This document shows, piece by piece, positions 234,201-248,000 of a DNA stretch of 248,000 nt. The number at the start of each line of letters is the position of its first letter. The stretch's first letter is position 1. Source of the DNA: Wallemia ichthyophaga EXF-994 (taxonomy: Eukaryota > Fungi > Basidiomycota); contig NW_008806280.1 in the NCBI RefSeq assembly GCF_000400465.1, positions 20,001 to 268,000 of the forward strand, read 5' to 3'. The notes under the pieces were generated by a model. The model saw only the letters and a program-made list of their open reading frames with translations, was not told the DNA's origin and searched no databases. The position numbers and the translations under genes are program-made.

Positions 234201-234307
234201 TAGAGCAACAGGAAGATCCATTCGACATGAACGGATTTCTGCAGGATCAAAATAATGAAGGCAGATTAACATTTGTATTCAAGAAAGTGTCTGGAAGTGT
234301 TGTATAA
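231296..234307 (+). CDS. RDH54: Rad54B/Rdh54 SNF2-family translocase
   Basis: [32 protein letters not shown]. Confidence 0.85.
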
Positions 234308-234369
234308 TAGTACAAATTGCATTACAATAATAATTGCTTAGGTGGCATCTACAATTATTAGTGGGAGGA

Positions 234370-235248
234370 AGGGTTAGAAAAACGACTTACATCGGTTCCA
234401 AGTGCCCTGGGTCATCCACTCAGAGTCTGTCCGTCTGCCTGACTTTGGAATATCCTTAGGACCAACTTAGAAAATGTCAGTGAAAATGTATGGTGCGACA
234501 GTCGAATCTCACAGATAGACTTGACGGCGTCGCTTTGGTTTGCATTCTTAGACGTGTTGGACAGCGCATCCGATACTGCCTTTCTAGCGCCTTTTACAAC
234601 ATCAGAGACAGGTGGATCATCGATATTGTCAGCCTTCTTGGCCTTAGGTGTATGTTCAGGCTGATCGGCGGCAGCCTTGCGCTTCTTGCTCTTCTTGCTG
234701 TCAGCCTGCTTCAACCTTGTGGCGTAGAGTTGCTCTTTCATGGCTTCTTCTTCTTCGGGGGGAGGATTAAGCGTGATAAGCTCATCGACATGGTACTCAA
234801 TGCCAGATTCAGGGCACTGACCCGTCTTTGAGCCCTTGTTCATCGACTTCAAACCGCTATCAGAGGCAACAATGCCAGTTTTGGGGAGGTAGACGAATCT
234901 TTGCTTTCCATTCATTTCCTTGAGCGTGATTGGACAAATGAAAGGGGCGTTACTTAGCATAGAATCGCTGTCACGACTGAGGACTTGGTTGAATGAAGGA
235001 TTTGAAGTAAGTTTGAGTTGTTGGACATCTTTTAGAGAGCGTATATGACCACAGATCTTCTGTCCATCGCCGTAGACTGATTTATCGAGGAGAAACTCGA
235101 CAATGGCTTCCTTATTGTAAAGCTTGCCAAGTTGACAGGAAACGACTGGCTGTTTAAGGAGTTTCTTAGACAGAGCACAATAAAACCAGGCTGCTATCCT
235201 AGATATCTCATCGTTCTTCACTTCCGGTTTCTTCTTAGTCTTGACCAA
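234370..235248 (-). CDS. RTF2: Replication termination factor Rtf2
   Basis: GNDGGSI; CALSK; LYNKEAIVEFLL; CPITLKEMNG. Confidence 0.85.
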
Positions 235249-235405
235249 TTCTGATCGATAGACAAATGAGCCTCCATCGGCACCCTATCGAGGGCAATTA
235301 AAATTGAGTACAATCAATACTAAAATCCTAGCGTACCATTTTTATATTTCTTTATTTGTTGATGGTGGCTACTGTGAAAGGAAACCCCTTTATCACGGCC
235401 AGCCA

Positions 235406-236420
235406 TGTCAACCGCGCACAGGTGATTATAAAGAAAAGCACTGAGCCGAGCAACTCTTACATTCCACCGCGCAGACCAACATGGGACCCAGCAGTCGGAC
235501 GAGCAGACACCAAAGCGTACTCGAAGCAGTACTCTGCCAGGGATGCACCAGCGCAGACGAAACTCAAGTTCCGGTGGGTGTGCGAGGTGTATATTACAGC
235601 GTAGGGCATTGTAGTTTACACCACTCTAGTAAGCCCGGTCAGGGAGGTATCGGCGACCAAGATAAGCGCAGAGACTTGCGCCTCGAATTGAACAAGGCAG
235701 AGGAGGAAGCTAATGAAAAGAAACGTAAAGCGCAAGGTTTGTCGTTGGAAGATATTGGCCAGGGTACGGATGACAGCCAGCAGAAAATACCGAAACTTAT
235801 AGACAATCCCGGTGAGGGAGACGCGCATGCTGAGCCATCGACTAGAACACACGAGTCGCAGGCAAGTGAAGACAAGCCTCAGACTTTAGATAAGGATGAA
235901 GAAGCTGATGACGACGAGAGGTGGGTTGCTCACCTTAGCGTTCTATACCGCCTAACATAGCCAAGTGATGACGACTCAGAGGATGATGAGGCTGAGTTGC
236001 TGCGGGAGCTCGACAAAATCAAGCGCGAAAGAGCTGAAGAAAAAGCCAGAAAGGTGAGAAAGTGTTGCTGTTTGTGGTCATCAACTTTCTAACAATTACA
236101 CCACCTAGGACGAGGAGCAAAACAGCGCTAAAGCTGCATCTAGAGAAGAGGAAGTGGCTAGCGGAAATCCTCTACTTAACCTACAGAACGCGTTGGGCGC
236201 TTCTCCATCTTCTACACAGGATACAGGGTTTACTGTGAAACGCAGATGGGATGACGATCTTATCTTCAAGAATCAGGCACTGAATACTTCCGACAAACCA
236301 AAGAAGGAATTCGTTAATGACTTATTGAGGACAGACTGTGAGTATCGCGTGTTTAGTATCCTAACAAAGCTAAAAATATATCCTAGTCCATCGCAAATTC
236401 ATGTACAGATTTATTAAGTG
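235406..236420 (+). CDS. CWC15: Splicing factor Cwc15
   Basis: RPTWDP, QTKLKFR, KRRWDDDLIFKNQA. Confidence 0.9.
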
Positions 236421-236499
236421 ATTTACATACATTCATAATTAATCTATGTTTGTCGGACACTTGTCAAGCTTGAAGCCAACTGTGGTGGATAAATCAAGC

Positions 236500-237890
236500 C
236501 AGAGAAATCAAGTTCCTGTTTGGTATACGAGCCAAGTAGAAGAAAAACATGTTGAGCATAGCTTAAAGCTGACATGAATCCATCAAACGCTTGAGCTCGA
236601 CATTTTTGCACATACTCAAAAAAGTAATATAAATATCATTCATTCAAAATCTTCAACTAAAGGGTGATTAGAATTGCTAGATAGTTGAGGGACTACTTAC
236701 AACCACACATAAATGCCTTGTGAATACTAGTATCATCCAGGTCAGCGTACAAACTTAGAAATGGACACAGTCTCACCTCATAACCTTGGCGATAAAGGCC
236801 TCAAGATGGAAAATCTGCTTAGAGCCTTTCCTCATTCGATGCTCCTGAGGTGGATAAGATTAAGTCGTGTTTGTTAAATTCTACTCACATAAAATGCTGC
236901 CCAATAGATAAGGTCTGCACGAATGGAATCGTCGACCATTGTAAGAATGACGTCAAGAAGTGTCTGAAGTAGTTGTTAGGAGATTATCAACTCCGGCAAA
237001 GGAAATTCACTTTGAGAATGAGAGTAGGTGGTATGCAATGTGTGATGAGCTCATAAATTTTTCCTCTTACTTTGAGCAAACCGTCTGGAGAAGGATCGCT
237101 TGTAATTTCCTTAGCGACTTGGATGGTATAAGATTGCCAATCAGGCTTGGCAATTTGAACATTTGAATCAAACGACGGAGATTGCATTCTCATTGCTTCA
237201 AGAACCAGCAAAGCTTTGCGAAGATTACCTGTTGATTCTTTGCCGATCTGTTTGGCGACATCCTCAGGCAGCTGGAACTTCTCTTTTTTAGCTACTTGGG
237301 TCAATACGGTTGACATCTGCAAATTTCATTGAGTATGCTTTGTTACTGAATAAATAACTCACCTGTGGAGGTAAGGGAGCGGGGATTCTAACCAACAAGC
237401 ATCGAGATCGAATTGGAGCTATAATCTTGCTCGTTGTTTGAGCACAGAGAATGATACGAAGGTTAGACATGTACTTCTCCATAGTTCTTCTCAAAGCAGC
237501 TTGAGCATCTCTAGAAAGCTGATCAGCTTCGTTAATGATAACGACTAGGCAATCTGTGAGCTAAAACTAGATTTTTTTAGGTAACCAGCTAACCTTTGAA
237601 TCTTTGTTTCGCATTAGCGTCAACTTGCTGTGTTTGGGCAATTTCTTTGAGGATATCCTGTATAATCAGTCTATCATACTGACCAACGTCGGAAGGTGTA
237701 ATTTCAATGTGATAGTTGCTTTGGACGATGTTCACGTCGAGCTTTCTGTTTGAAGGCGTGAGGAAGACGCGCTGATCGATTTTGAGCTTCTCAACACCTG
237801 GACCAAACAGCTCTCTTAAAGTGGCCATAATGCGTGTCTTTCTACCTGCGCCGGTGGGTCCATAGAAAAGCGTGTGGGGAAAATCGCCGG
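236500..237890 (-). CDS. RFC5: Replication factor C small subunit (yeast Rfc5 type)
   Basis: YGPTGAG, LRRTMEKY, PIRSRC, NLRKALL. Confidence 0.9.
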
Positions 237891-238079
237891 AGCCAGCCAG
237901 GGATCTGATTCTATTTGTAATATCATGATGATAGTCGAGTTCATCAAGCGACTTTGGCCTATACTGAGCAGAATGAGATAAACCAGGCTAATAAACAAGA
238001 ACTATACTTTATCTACGTATAGAGACTGTAAATATTATTAATTTTATATTTTATATTCCATTTTACTTACCATTGAGGA

Positions 238080-241000
238080 GATGACCGTTGCTGTTTACGC
238101 GCTTACGCCCAAGATATGGCTCATGCACTGGATGAGTTTTCGTATAAGCAATTCATACCTGAGTACGAAATTGGGAATTTAAAGCTCAAAGTGAACCACA
238201 AGTCCAATAGACCGCTTATTCCGATGGTACGTGCGTTTCTCCTGTCCTCCGCTGCTTACCGGTGTGCAGATGTCTAAACTCCGGAGATCTTCTGCGAAAT
238301 CGGGAGCAATGGGAGTGGGATGGAAGCAGATATCTCTAAAGCTCGATTCCATTGGTGGTCTATTTATTCTCGCTGAGGTGAGTGTCAATAGCTCATGGTT
238401 GAGCCTTTAAACTTAAATTCAAAAGGAGGGAACTCCGATTCACTATATTGGCCTTAGTAGCCTGAAAATGACTGATATACGACCTGTCGATTATTCCGTA
238501 TTCACAGTTCCCAACTTAATCGTCATACACACTCATTCTCTCTCTCCAACGCTCCTGATTGGGCAGAATTCTTCCAATCACTCTAACTCTAGCAACTCTA
238601 CATTCGGCCTTCTCAATAACCTCAGGCCCATATCGCCCAAATCCACTCAGCGATCGAGCCCCTCTCCAAACCATCCTCCAAGCCCAAATCCAGACGATCC
238701 ACTTTTTATCGCCTTCCCCACTCGACGGCATATGATAGCTTGGTTGACTCTATTGCGATCATGCACCAAAGCTGACGTTTATCATGCCGGTAAAGACCCT
238801 CACAAAGGTTACTTTCGAATGTCAAGACAAATGTCTCTCTCAATTGTGGAGCTGCGATCCCCGCAGAAAGATGTTCAATCTAACCTTAATGATTATGTCG
238901 AGGACAGCCCGAGTGTTAATGGTAACTCATCCAAAATTAACTCTCTCAATTCGCTGTCTTCATCAAGCTCAGCTGGGCTTACTCCGCCATTACAGCGAAG
239001 AACATCTACCCAATTCACTGAACCTTACAACGATACCTACGAGTGGCACTGTGAGATTTGGGATCCCACAGGACTAGCTTTTAGATCCTCTGCCAAGGTC
239101 GCTTACCATCCATTTTGGAAAGAAGATTGTCTTCTGGTTGATCTACCGAATCTCAACTCTATAACGGTCAAGATATTCAGATCAGTTTCATCATATGCTT
239201 TATCAAAAGGACATTTCACATTGTTTGGTACAGTATTCATACCTCTAAAGGCATATCCAAGATTATCAGAGGTAGACAAATGGTTCAACGTGATTGGCAT
239301 AAACGAAAACACTCTCGAAACTTCTGTCAGGGGAGAATTGAGACTGAAATTGAGGGTTGATGAGGATGTAATCCTGCCCAAAAGCCGTTATGATGAATTG
239401 TTTAGCGTGAGTATAGGTGATTTGTGATTAGTATTATCTCACACCGTCAATTTAGATTATGCAAGGTCAACATAGAGTGAGAGTCATACATGACATCTCT
239501 TCAATATACCCATCTTTGGTGAGTGTATGTGTATATCAATCATCTAGACCAACTGAAACCTTTGCTAGGAACAACTTTCTGATACACTAATCAAAATATA
239601 CTCAATAGATTGCAATTTAATGGTATCTGTAATGAATGATCTTGCTTACAAAGAAATATGGTCATCAAGAGCTGGTAGGTCTGACTCAAAATTCTAATCC
239701 TGGCTAACAACTAGTAGATGAGAATACAATATTTCGGCCAAATACAATATTAACTAAATTAATGGATCGCTATATGAACTTCATGAGTAGACTGACTGGA
239801 TGGTTGGAGGATAGTCTGGGACACCCTATCCGCGAAATGATAGACAAGAAGGTAGAATGTGAATTAGATACAGATAGAAAAGGTGGACCAGCAGACAAAG
239901 ATGAATTGCTTCACTGGGCTGATGTAATTCTCAATAGCATCATAGAATCAAGAGTTGGATGTCCAATTGAGCTTCGAAAGATATTTCATAACATAAGGAA
240001 ACAATGTCATGCAAGATGGAACAAGGCTCAATTAGTAAACTCATTTATCTTTTTAAGACTTTTCGTACCTGCGATTATCAACCCAAATTTATTTGGTTTG
240101 ACCAATGTGTCACCATCACCTGGAGTTTCGCGTACATTAACACTGATTGCGAAAATAATTCAAGCTCTTGCTAATAATAAAGAGGAGATGGGAGATAAGG
240201 AGCACTTTATGGGAGTCGTTTCACCATTTTTACAAGATCATAATAGGAGGTTTGCATTTATTGATTACGTTGCATATGTTGGTAATGAGGATTCAGCTGC
240301 TTCTTACAAGACGAGTGAAGAAATATCAATAAACGAGTTGGCGACTTCTGTTGAGAAAACATCGGATAGGAGATTCAATGATTGCAGTCATGATATATAT
240401 AGGCAGTCTCTACCAAGTTCATACACAGGGATTGATAACTCGAGAGAGTTGGCGTCGTTCACCAACGATCTCAACAAGATATATAACAAAGTGCAGCTAA
240501 ATGAATTGCAAAATAGGGATCATTATTTTAGGAGAAAGTCATTAAATTACGCCACGCTTGAATTGTTTGAAGCAAGTATGGATATACAAGAAGATGCCAG
240601 ACAGATGTGGGAGTCTCGGCAAAGACATAGGAGAAAGGCCAATTCGGCATATGAGTCGTCGAAACCCAACAGAAGCGAATGGTTAAGTGATCAGCAAGAC
240701 TTACGCAGTAGTAGAAAAGTAAGCGTGTCCAGTTCTAGCGCTAGCTTAGAACCGCAAATGAAGCAATCATCGTCGCAGCGCCGTAGAGGATTTACAATCA
240801 CAGGATTGAGTAATGGCAGCAATAATTGGATTCATGATAGTAAACGTAAGAATATTGGCAGTGATAATAAGACAAGTAACAGCAAAAGTAGCGCGACTAA
240901 TAAGAACAATAGTACGGGTAATAATAATACAAGTAATAGTAACACAAGTAATAATAAGAGCAATGGCGCTCATGCTAAGAACAAAGTTGGTAATCGTAAT

Positions 241001-241483
241001 CAAAACAGGGACAAGAAGGATTACGTCAATAATGATCCATCGAGATATATGGACCTAGGTAGGGGATTTAATGACTATCAATTCATGCAATACGACAAGG
241101 AGAAGAGGGAGAAGAAGGGGAAAAAGGAGATGGAGGTGGAGAAGAAGGAGATGGCAAAGAAGGAAGAAAAGGCAAGCCCGCCTAATACACCGGAGTCGAT
241201 GAAGAATTTGAAAATAACACTGGAGAAGTACAGACTTACCCAGGAGGCGGTGGATGATGCACCGTTACCGAAATATCCGTTACCTGTGAGTGACAGTGTG
241301 AGTAGCAATGTGAGCAGCAACGTAAACAGTCACAGCTACGATAACAACGATCGTTCAAAGTCAAGGGCGAGTGTTCGAAACTCAGCGACAAAAGGAGAAG
241401 AGGAGCACAGCAAGGATGACATAAACATTGACAATAAAAAGAAGACAGTCTTCTTCAAATGGACCAAAGGAATAATTGATTAG
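238080..241483 (+). CDS. C2-domain RasGAP (Bud2-like)
   Basis: PFWKE C2 region; FRPNT; FIFLRLFVPAIINP. Confidence 0.8.
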
Positions 241484-241619
241484 GTATAGAGGATATTGAA
241501 CACTTTTTAATCAGCACAGCTTAATAATAAATTTAAGAATGAAAGTATATTTTGTATTATATTAATGTTCTACGCATTTAATTCTTCTCTAGTTGGAATG
241601 CCTGTGGGTGATGATAAGT

Positions 241620-242062
241620 GATGAGATGTGAGCAGTTTCATTAGTAAGTAGACACACCAAGTTCTTCTCTGAGTGGCTTGAGAGCATCAAGGTATTGCTC
241701 ATATTGGCCTTGATTTTCGACCTTCTCCTTTATGCCTTCCTGTATAGTAAAGAATCAGCCAATCAGGTTGTCGGAAAAGAGAAAATGAAAAAACGGACAA
241801 AGATTCTGACAGCAGTGCTAAAGTCGTTAACACGTCTAGAAGCTCTGATTGCAGATTCGCATATTTCAGGAGCAGGTACTAAATCGTAAGCGAAACAGTT
241901 GTTCAATCCTCTTTGCAATTCGAAAAGGTCTTCAACTTGATCGAAGAATGCGGTGTATCTCTTTGTGAAGTCTTCAAAGCTTTCCTCTTCATGTCCAGCG
242001 CTATATTGACGAACTAGGTGTAGAGTCAGCGCTTTGTGGTAAGTGTGCACACGAATAAACAC
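241620..242062 (-). CDS. COX6: Cytochrome c oxidase subunit Va/VI
   Basis: FELQRGLNNCFAYDLVPAPEI..RRVNDF. Confidence 0.92.
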
Positions 242063-242229
242063 CTTGGGTGATTGGAATTGAAGGCGTTAAGCTAACTCTC
242101 GATAAAGCTCTCGCATTTACTGCTGTTCTAAGTACACCGAACATTTTTTTAAACAGTTGGTTGGATACAAGAGAGAGAGGTGGGCGTCTTTCGAACGATT
242201 GAGCGATTGAGTGGTTAGATTAGTATGAT

Positions 242230-242760
242230 TGAATGCGTTGTAACTAAAGCTGGTAAAATGAGTAACTACATTCAAGTCATTTTGGGTGGTTTGGAGGTGT
242301 GTTCGTTGGTGTATATTCACACTGACTCACACCCGTACAAAGAAGAAGGAAGTTGTAAAAGTAACAGCTTTGAAAGAAGGTGTAAACCTCGATACATCTA
242401 GTGCACTCGCAGCGAAAGTCATCAGCGTGGTCGAAGTCGCCAAGAGGCAGTCATCGGACGTTTATCAGTATACACGCCTAGTTGAGCATCAAGAGGTTAG
242501 GTTGAACTTGTCAGCAAGTGATATTATAAATGGGAAGAGGTTGGTTGGTTGATTTGGTGTACTTGTACCACTTCTAACCTCAATACAGCCAGACATCGAT
242601 ACCACCACCGACAATTGAAGTCATTCTAAGCAAGCAAGCGTTAGATATCGATAGTGATTATGTGTTAGTGGCTTACTTAGCGTGAAACACTTGACATTAA
242701 CACCACACACAGACTTCAAAAAGACTAAGATCTATAACAGCAAGTTATTTACAGCTTTCT
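242230..242760 (+). CDS. Small hypothetical protein (possibly Alba-like)
   Basis: KVISVVEVAKR. Confidence 0.35.
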
Positions 242761-242789
242761 CATCATTCAAGTTTTCATCAAAATCGTAA

Positions 242790-243882
242790 GGTAGAAGCGA
242801 TGCAACTGTTGTCGTGTCAGCATGTTTAGCAGATATCACTTAACACAACACTTACAAGTCAAGTACGACGTGTGACCTCTTGTATCCATGAAAGGACGAC
242901 TGAGCAGTGTGCTTCTGTCATCGATATTACTACTGGTTTCGTCTAGTTTGCGTTTGCTCGTTTGTTCGCTTTCAACACTGATATTGACGGGCTGGTTGAG
243001 AGATTCATCGCCAGCCTCACCGCCAGCCTCATTAAGTTTCAATTCAAGCTTTTTCTGGGCTGCAGCAATCTGTTGCTGCCTTCTAAACTCCTTTTTCTTT
243101 AGTATGGCTTTCAACTTATTCGTGACGTCGTTTATATTTGGAAGATGAGTGTAAGAGGTGTCGTAATTTCTAGAGAGAACTTCAAACATGGTAACGTTGG
243201 TAAAGCCATTCGAGTTGAGAGTGGTTGTAGTTTTAAGTACCTGTTCAATACACGGACTGAAGCAGCAAATTCTGCTAATTTTGTCATTACGGAGGGATTT
243301 CTTTGCATGCGGGATAGCTAGCCAAGGCATGGGTAGGTCTAGAAAGATGGAGTCTATAGAGTTGTTAAGGTGTGAAGGGAAGCCGTCTTTGCAGCTATCT
243401 CTGTGATAGACGTTGATGATATCAGATAAACCGTGTTGATTGAACTCTGATTGAGCCTTCTGGCATCTAGATTGATGATATTCGAAGGAGTGGAGCTGGC
243501 CACGGGTACCAATAGATCTAGCAACTGAATGACTGAAACTACCTGAACCAGTACCTGATTCGATGACTTTTGAACCCGGTTTAATGTTTAAAGTGAGAAG
243601 AATGAAGCTAATATCCGTGTTGTATAGGATCTGAGTTCTATGAGGGAGAGCTAGAGTCCATAACTCCGGAGAAGGCTTGAGTAAGTGAATAAAGCCTCTG
243701 TTGTTATTTGAACTAAGTTTATCACCAAAGCATCTACCAATGATATCTTTATGCTTAAAATTACCAAATTTATTTTGAAATATTTTATCCTCCTCAACTC
243801 GAATAAGTGATAATTGATCTCTAGTTAACCAAATGATAACCAAATCATTCTCTTTAATTACCGATTCCTTATTATTTATCAT
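242790..243882 (-). CDS. TRM61: tRNA m1A58 methyltransferase catalytic subunit
   Basis: LPHRTQILY, ESGTGSGS, FLDLPMPW, FSPCIEQV, GHTSYLT. Confidence 0.93.
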
Positions 243883-244291
243883 TGAATTGCTCTGGTGTTA
243901 ATGTTTTTTGTGTAAATGCGTGCAATTTGCTTATCTCCTCTTTAAGTATATCGTTGACTGGTGAGGGGTTATTAGTTTGGTGATCTAGATAAAATTTTCC
244001 GAACCAACCCAATCGATGTCTCTTTAGAGTTATTAGACCATTAAATATTTTACTAACGATTACGACTTCAAAGCTCTGTCCACAACCACCGCTAACATCT
244101 TTAACGGACTATGTGATTTGACTTAGACTGCTCATCCAATCAAATCACTCCAAATACCCACAACATGCTCAACCTCTGGTACTTTGATTTCTATTTGCTG
244201 TTTAAATTTTTCCTGATCCATTTCCAATTCCAGTGGCTATTCAAGCGAGCTGTTGCGTTCGAATATTAGAATTATAAATTACAAATTAAAA

Positions 244292-245610
244292 TGCAAAGGT
244301 CTTTAGTACTCAACTCTACCAACAACTTCAAAACAGCGTTCAAGCCCTCCCTCGCTAGCTCCATTAACCTCGTTTTTAACGCTGGAACAAGATTCGAAGA
244401 CACTCAAGGTGTGGCTAACGTTTTAAAGAACTTTGCTTTTAGGGTGAGTTGATTGGTTTATACTAAGGTACACCCTCTAATCCCCCAAAGGACACACAAA
244501 ACCGCTCCAGCCTACGTCAAGTTAGAGAAGCTGAAGCTGCTGGTGGTGTTCTCTACTCTTCCCTTACAAGAGACAATCTCACTCTCTCTGCTGACTTCAT
244601 CCCCGGCCATGAAGACCTTTTCCTCTCTCTTCTCGCTGATGTCGTTAAGTCGACCAAGTTCGCCCCTCATGAATACAAAGAGGTCGTTAAGCCTGCTATC
244701 GATTCTGAAGTAAACGCTGCTCAGCGTAATCCTCTCATTCAAGCCATCGACGCTGCTCACACTATCGCCTTCAGAAGAGGTTTGGGTAACTCTCTCTTCT
244801 CCGCATCCGAGCAACCCGTAGACCTCCAAGACGTCAAAAAGTTCGCCAGTAAAGTCTACTCTGCCGACAACGTCGCCTTTTTAACTACCGGGCAATCTGA
244901 CTTTTCATCCAACTTATCATCCTACTTCAACGACTTAACCGCAACTGGTCAAGTTAGCTCACAACCATCCAAATACTTTGGTGGTGAACAGCGCTATAGC
245001 CTCTCGCACGATGGTCACTCCCACCCATCTGCATTCATCGCCTGGGGCTCAACCTCTCCATCACCTGCTCACAACGTTTTAGCTGAATTGTTGGGTGGTC
245101 AATCTAACATCAAATGGTCGAGAGGTCTTTCACCTTTGTCTGCAATCGAAGAGGGCAATGTTAACGCTCTCAACTTTGATTACTCTGATGCTAACCTCTT
245201 TGGTTTCACTGTCGAATCATCAACCGACCTCAACGTCAAGACTGCTTCACAGAAAGCTGTTGCAGCTCTCAAGGCAGTTGCTCAAAATGGTGTCGAATCC
245301 GCTCAGTTACAACCTGCTATCGCTAAATCTAAATTCAACTACACCCTCTACGCTGACTCAGCTCAAGGATGGAAGCAACTTAACGGCGAAGGTCTCATCA
245401 ACAACAACCTCAAATCACTCGATCAAGTTCTCGGTGAATTCGATGGCGTATCTACTACATCCATTCAACAAGTCAGTCCAGCTTATAAAGTTCCTGACTG
245501 CTTTTCTAATTTTTCCTTTAGGCAGCTGCTCATCTTCTCGACAACAAGGTCACTCTTGTCACTGTCGGTGGTAGAGACGCTCCATACGCCGATGAATTGC
245601 ATCTCTAAAA
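244292..245610 (+). CDS. QCR2: Cytochrome bc1 core protein 2
   Basis: AGTRFE, GGEQR, LLGGQSNIKWSRG, TLPYADEL. Confidence 0.88.
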
Positions 245611-245671
245611 TTCATGCTATAATTCATGTAAATACACCCTATAAAAATATTTCAATTATTTTAAATACCAA

Positions 245672-248000
245672 CTACTCGTCAAAGAAGTCATCCTCGATTG
245701 TCCTTTCCAATAACTCCCAATCGATATCTTGTTTGTCAAGAACATTATTATACGTCACACTACTCAACGCCCGGTAAAATGGTGATAAATCTCCCATCTG
245801 ACTTATCTTTCTTACGTTGGTCAGTAATGGTTGTCTTTTTTCACTATTGATTTGTAGCTTGAATGATTTTTCAGACGCTCCCATTAATCCTTCTTGTCCA
245901 AACAATCCCGACAACTTATCAATAATACCGTATTGTTTACCATCGCAGCTGGCATCCACAGTATCTGTAATGAATAGTGACTGATATGCTTGGAAATCTT
246001 CATTTTGCAGTAGCAACAGGGTATCCAATAGCTTGCAAGCGCTTAAGAGTAATGGAAGTAGATCTAGATGTTCAGCAGAAGGCGATGTAGTAAATATGTC
246101 AAATAACCTTAGCAATTCTGTATTTACTATTGGCCAAAATGTTGTTAAGTCGTCGCTTTTAAATCGCACTAGCAACACTCTGAGACAGAGATAGATTTCA
246201 GATTGTGATACTGGTGTAATTGCATTGTTGCGCACTACCTCCACCAGCTTTTCTTTCACTAGTGGTAATTGCGATGTGTAACTTTCCGGATTACCTGCGA
246301 ATATTGCGTAGCTAAGTCTGCGCAAGTTGAGAGCTCTTGACAAAGATTCGTATTCCCTATTAGCAAATATATTTGTAGACGGTGCACTAGACACTTTGCT
246401 GACGAGATCTTTAAACTTATCTTTCTCAGCCGACATGAGCGCGTTGACGAGGTACTTCCATTGATGAGTTTTGGAAGCGTTGAAAAACCTGTTGTCATAG
246501 AAGACATCACTAACCAGTCCCTTCCAAGATTTTGAGCAGTGCGGTAAGCGTGTTAAACCCACCAGCACATCCACACTTGCGCTGTGTGGTTGAATCCCAT
246601 TCGTGCCTTTTGAAGTTGATTTCAGTGCAGGAGCGACCACGCAATATGAAATATTCGCAGCAATGCTTTGTAATTTTTCCGTTGAGGATATTAAATTAGG
246701 TAGGTCCACCAATAGCTCATTCGCCATGTACAGATAGATCTTTGAACTGTCACCGTCTAATTTCTCAGCAAGTGAATTGACAGACACGCTATCGCGATCA
246801 GAGTCTTCATTAGTACCGGTAACATTCGCTACATCCAACCCAGCCAACGCTTTCTTGAGCGCCCATGGACCTGTGTCTGAGCCACCGGTGCTGATGAGGA
246901 TGGAGGAATCAATAAATCGATGCAAGATATCCTGCAACAAATGTCAATAGAGTGCTCTAGTTGAAGCGCTGAGCACTTACCTGGTAATCCATCTTGACTT
247001 TCTTTTCGACGATCTCCGTCGTCTCACCATTGAAAATGCGAAGACCGACTATATGAATGCATCTATCTAGCGTTATTGTAGAGTCCATGAAAAAAAACTA
247101 AACTCACCTTAACGTTGGATAAACGCATAGTTTTCGCTGTGCACTAGTCGTAGATACTATCACATCACGCGCAAATGGCTGTAGAGCAACCCAAGATTGC
247201 AAAGCATCCTTAACACTAAGCTCACCAAGATACACCTCCAAGCTCTCAAACAACATTGACGAGCTAATTGCATCACTTTGCCACAACGAGCGTGGCTTTT
247301 CATCCCCAGCAAAACTTCTCATTCCTATGTTCTTGCATATATAATGAACGAGTATTCGAGAGGGGTCTGAAAATAGCTTGAATATTTTTAGCAAAGTCAC
247401 TTTGTTCAATGTTTCTTGATAATACTCCATAGCAAGGTCCAGCATCTCATAAGGTCTTTTTTCAAACAAATTGTGGATGTACCCTTCACATTGCGTAGTC
247501 AGATAGTCGAAAGTTCCACTTTGTTTATTTTTAAGTGTAAAGTATAAACTCGTGAGAAGCTTGAACGATACTCCCATCAACGACATTGTCTGCTCGACGA
247601 TATTAGGACTACCGTGAATCATCGAAGTGTGTAGATCATCTAGATTGATGACCAAGATGGCATTCAACGATGACAACACTGAAGACAAGTTTTTGTGGTC
247701 GCTGAAGGATACGCTCAGGTTGTTCGTGTGTAACATGTCGCTTAATTTGCTATAGATGATGTTTCCCATATCGAGTTTGTGATCACGAATCAACATTGAG
247801 TACTTATCTAAGATCATACTTGTAAAGTTGATCCAGTATTTTAAAAGTGACTGACAGCCTGCATTTGATATAGCGTTGCGGAGCAGTTTGACTACAGTTT
247901 GACCTAACTCGTTACTGCTGTGTACGTTGTTCAAATCGCAATGCTGCAGTGCACATGTAACAAGCTTGATGGCTCTTGGCTGGACATCGAGATTGACTAG
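245672..248000 (-). CDS. DOP1: Dopey/Dop1 C-terminal part; gene continues beyond window
   Basis: LNLRRLSYAIF; FWPIVNTEL; LSACKLLD. Confidence 0.75.

Overview
This window is a very compact, intron-containing fungal chromosome segment. It is basidiomycete-like, and the gene content, ~50-nt introns and density suggest a Wallemia-type genome (inference; no database check). About 135 protein-coding genes are recognisable, mostly housekeeping, with tiny intergenic spacers. Spans for multi-exon genes are approximate because the ORF track does not model introns. I found no rRNA, convincing tRNA, CRISPR array or intact transposon. The main unexplained structure is a ~7 kb gene-free region at 195.7-202.8 kb: two near-identical 2,448-bp inverted repeats (195940-198387 and 200092-202539) flank a unique, very AT-rich 1,704-bp core, inside an AT-richer gene neighbourhood. 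This architecture matches inverted-repeat regional centromeres known from Komagataella phaffii, Candida tropicalis and fission yeast, so it is my candidate for an undescribed centromere type in this lineage. Other notable items: a secreted Kex2-processed repeat peptide precursor about 2.3 kb from the repeat; a dispersed decayed gene family shared by the gene deserts and the repeat arms; a split dynein heavy chain (C-terminal-half gene); long stem-closed introns in RPS22, RPS17 and RPL30; and a decayed tandem profilin paralogue.
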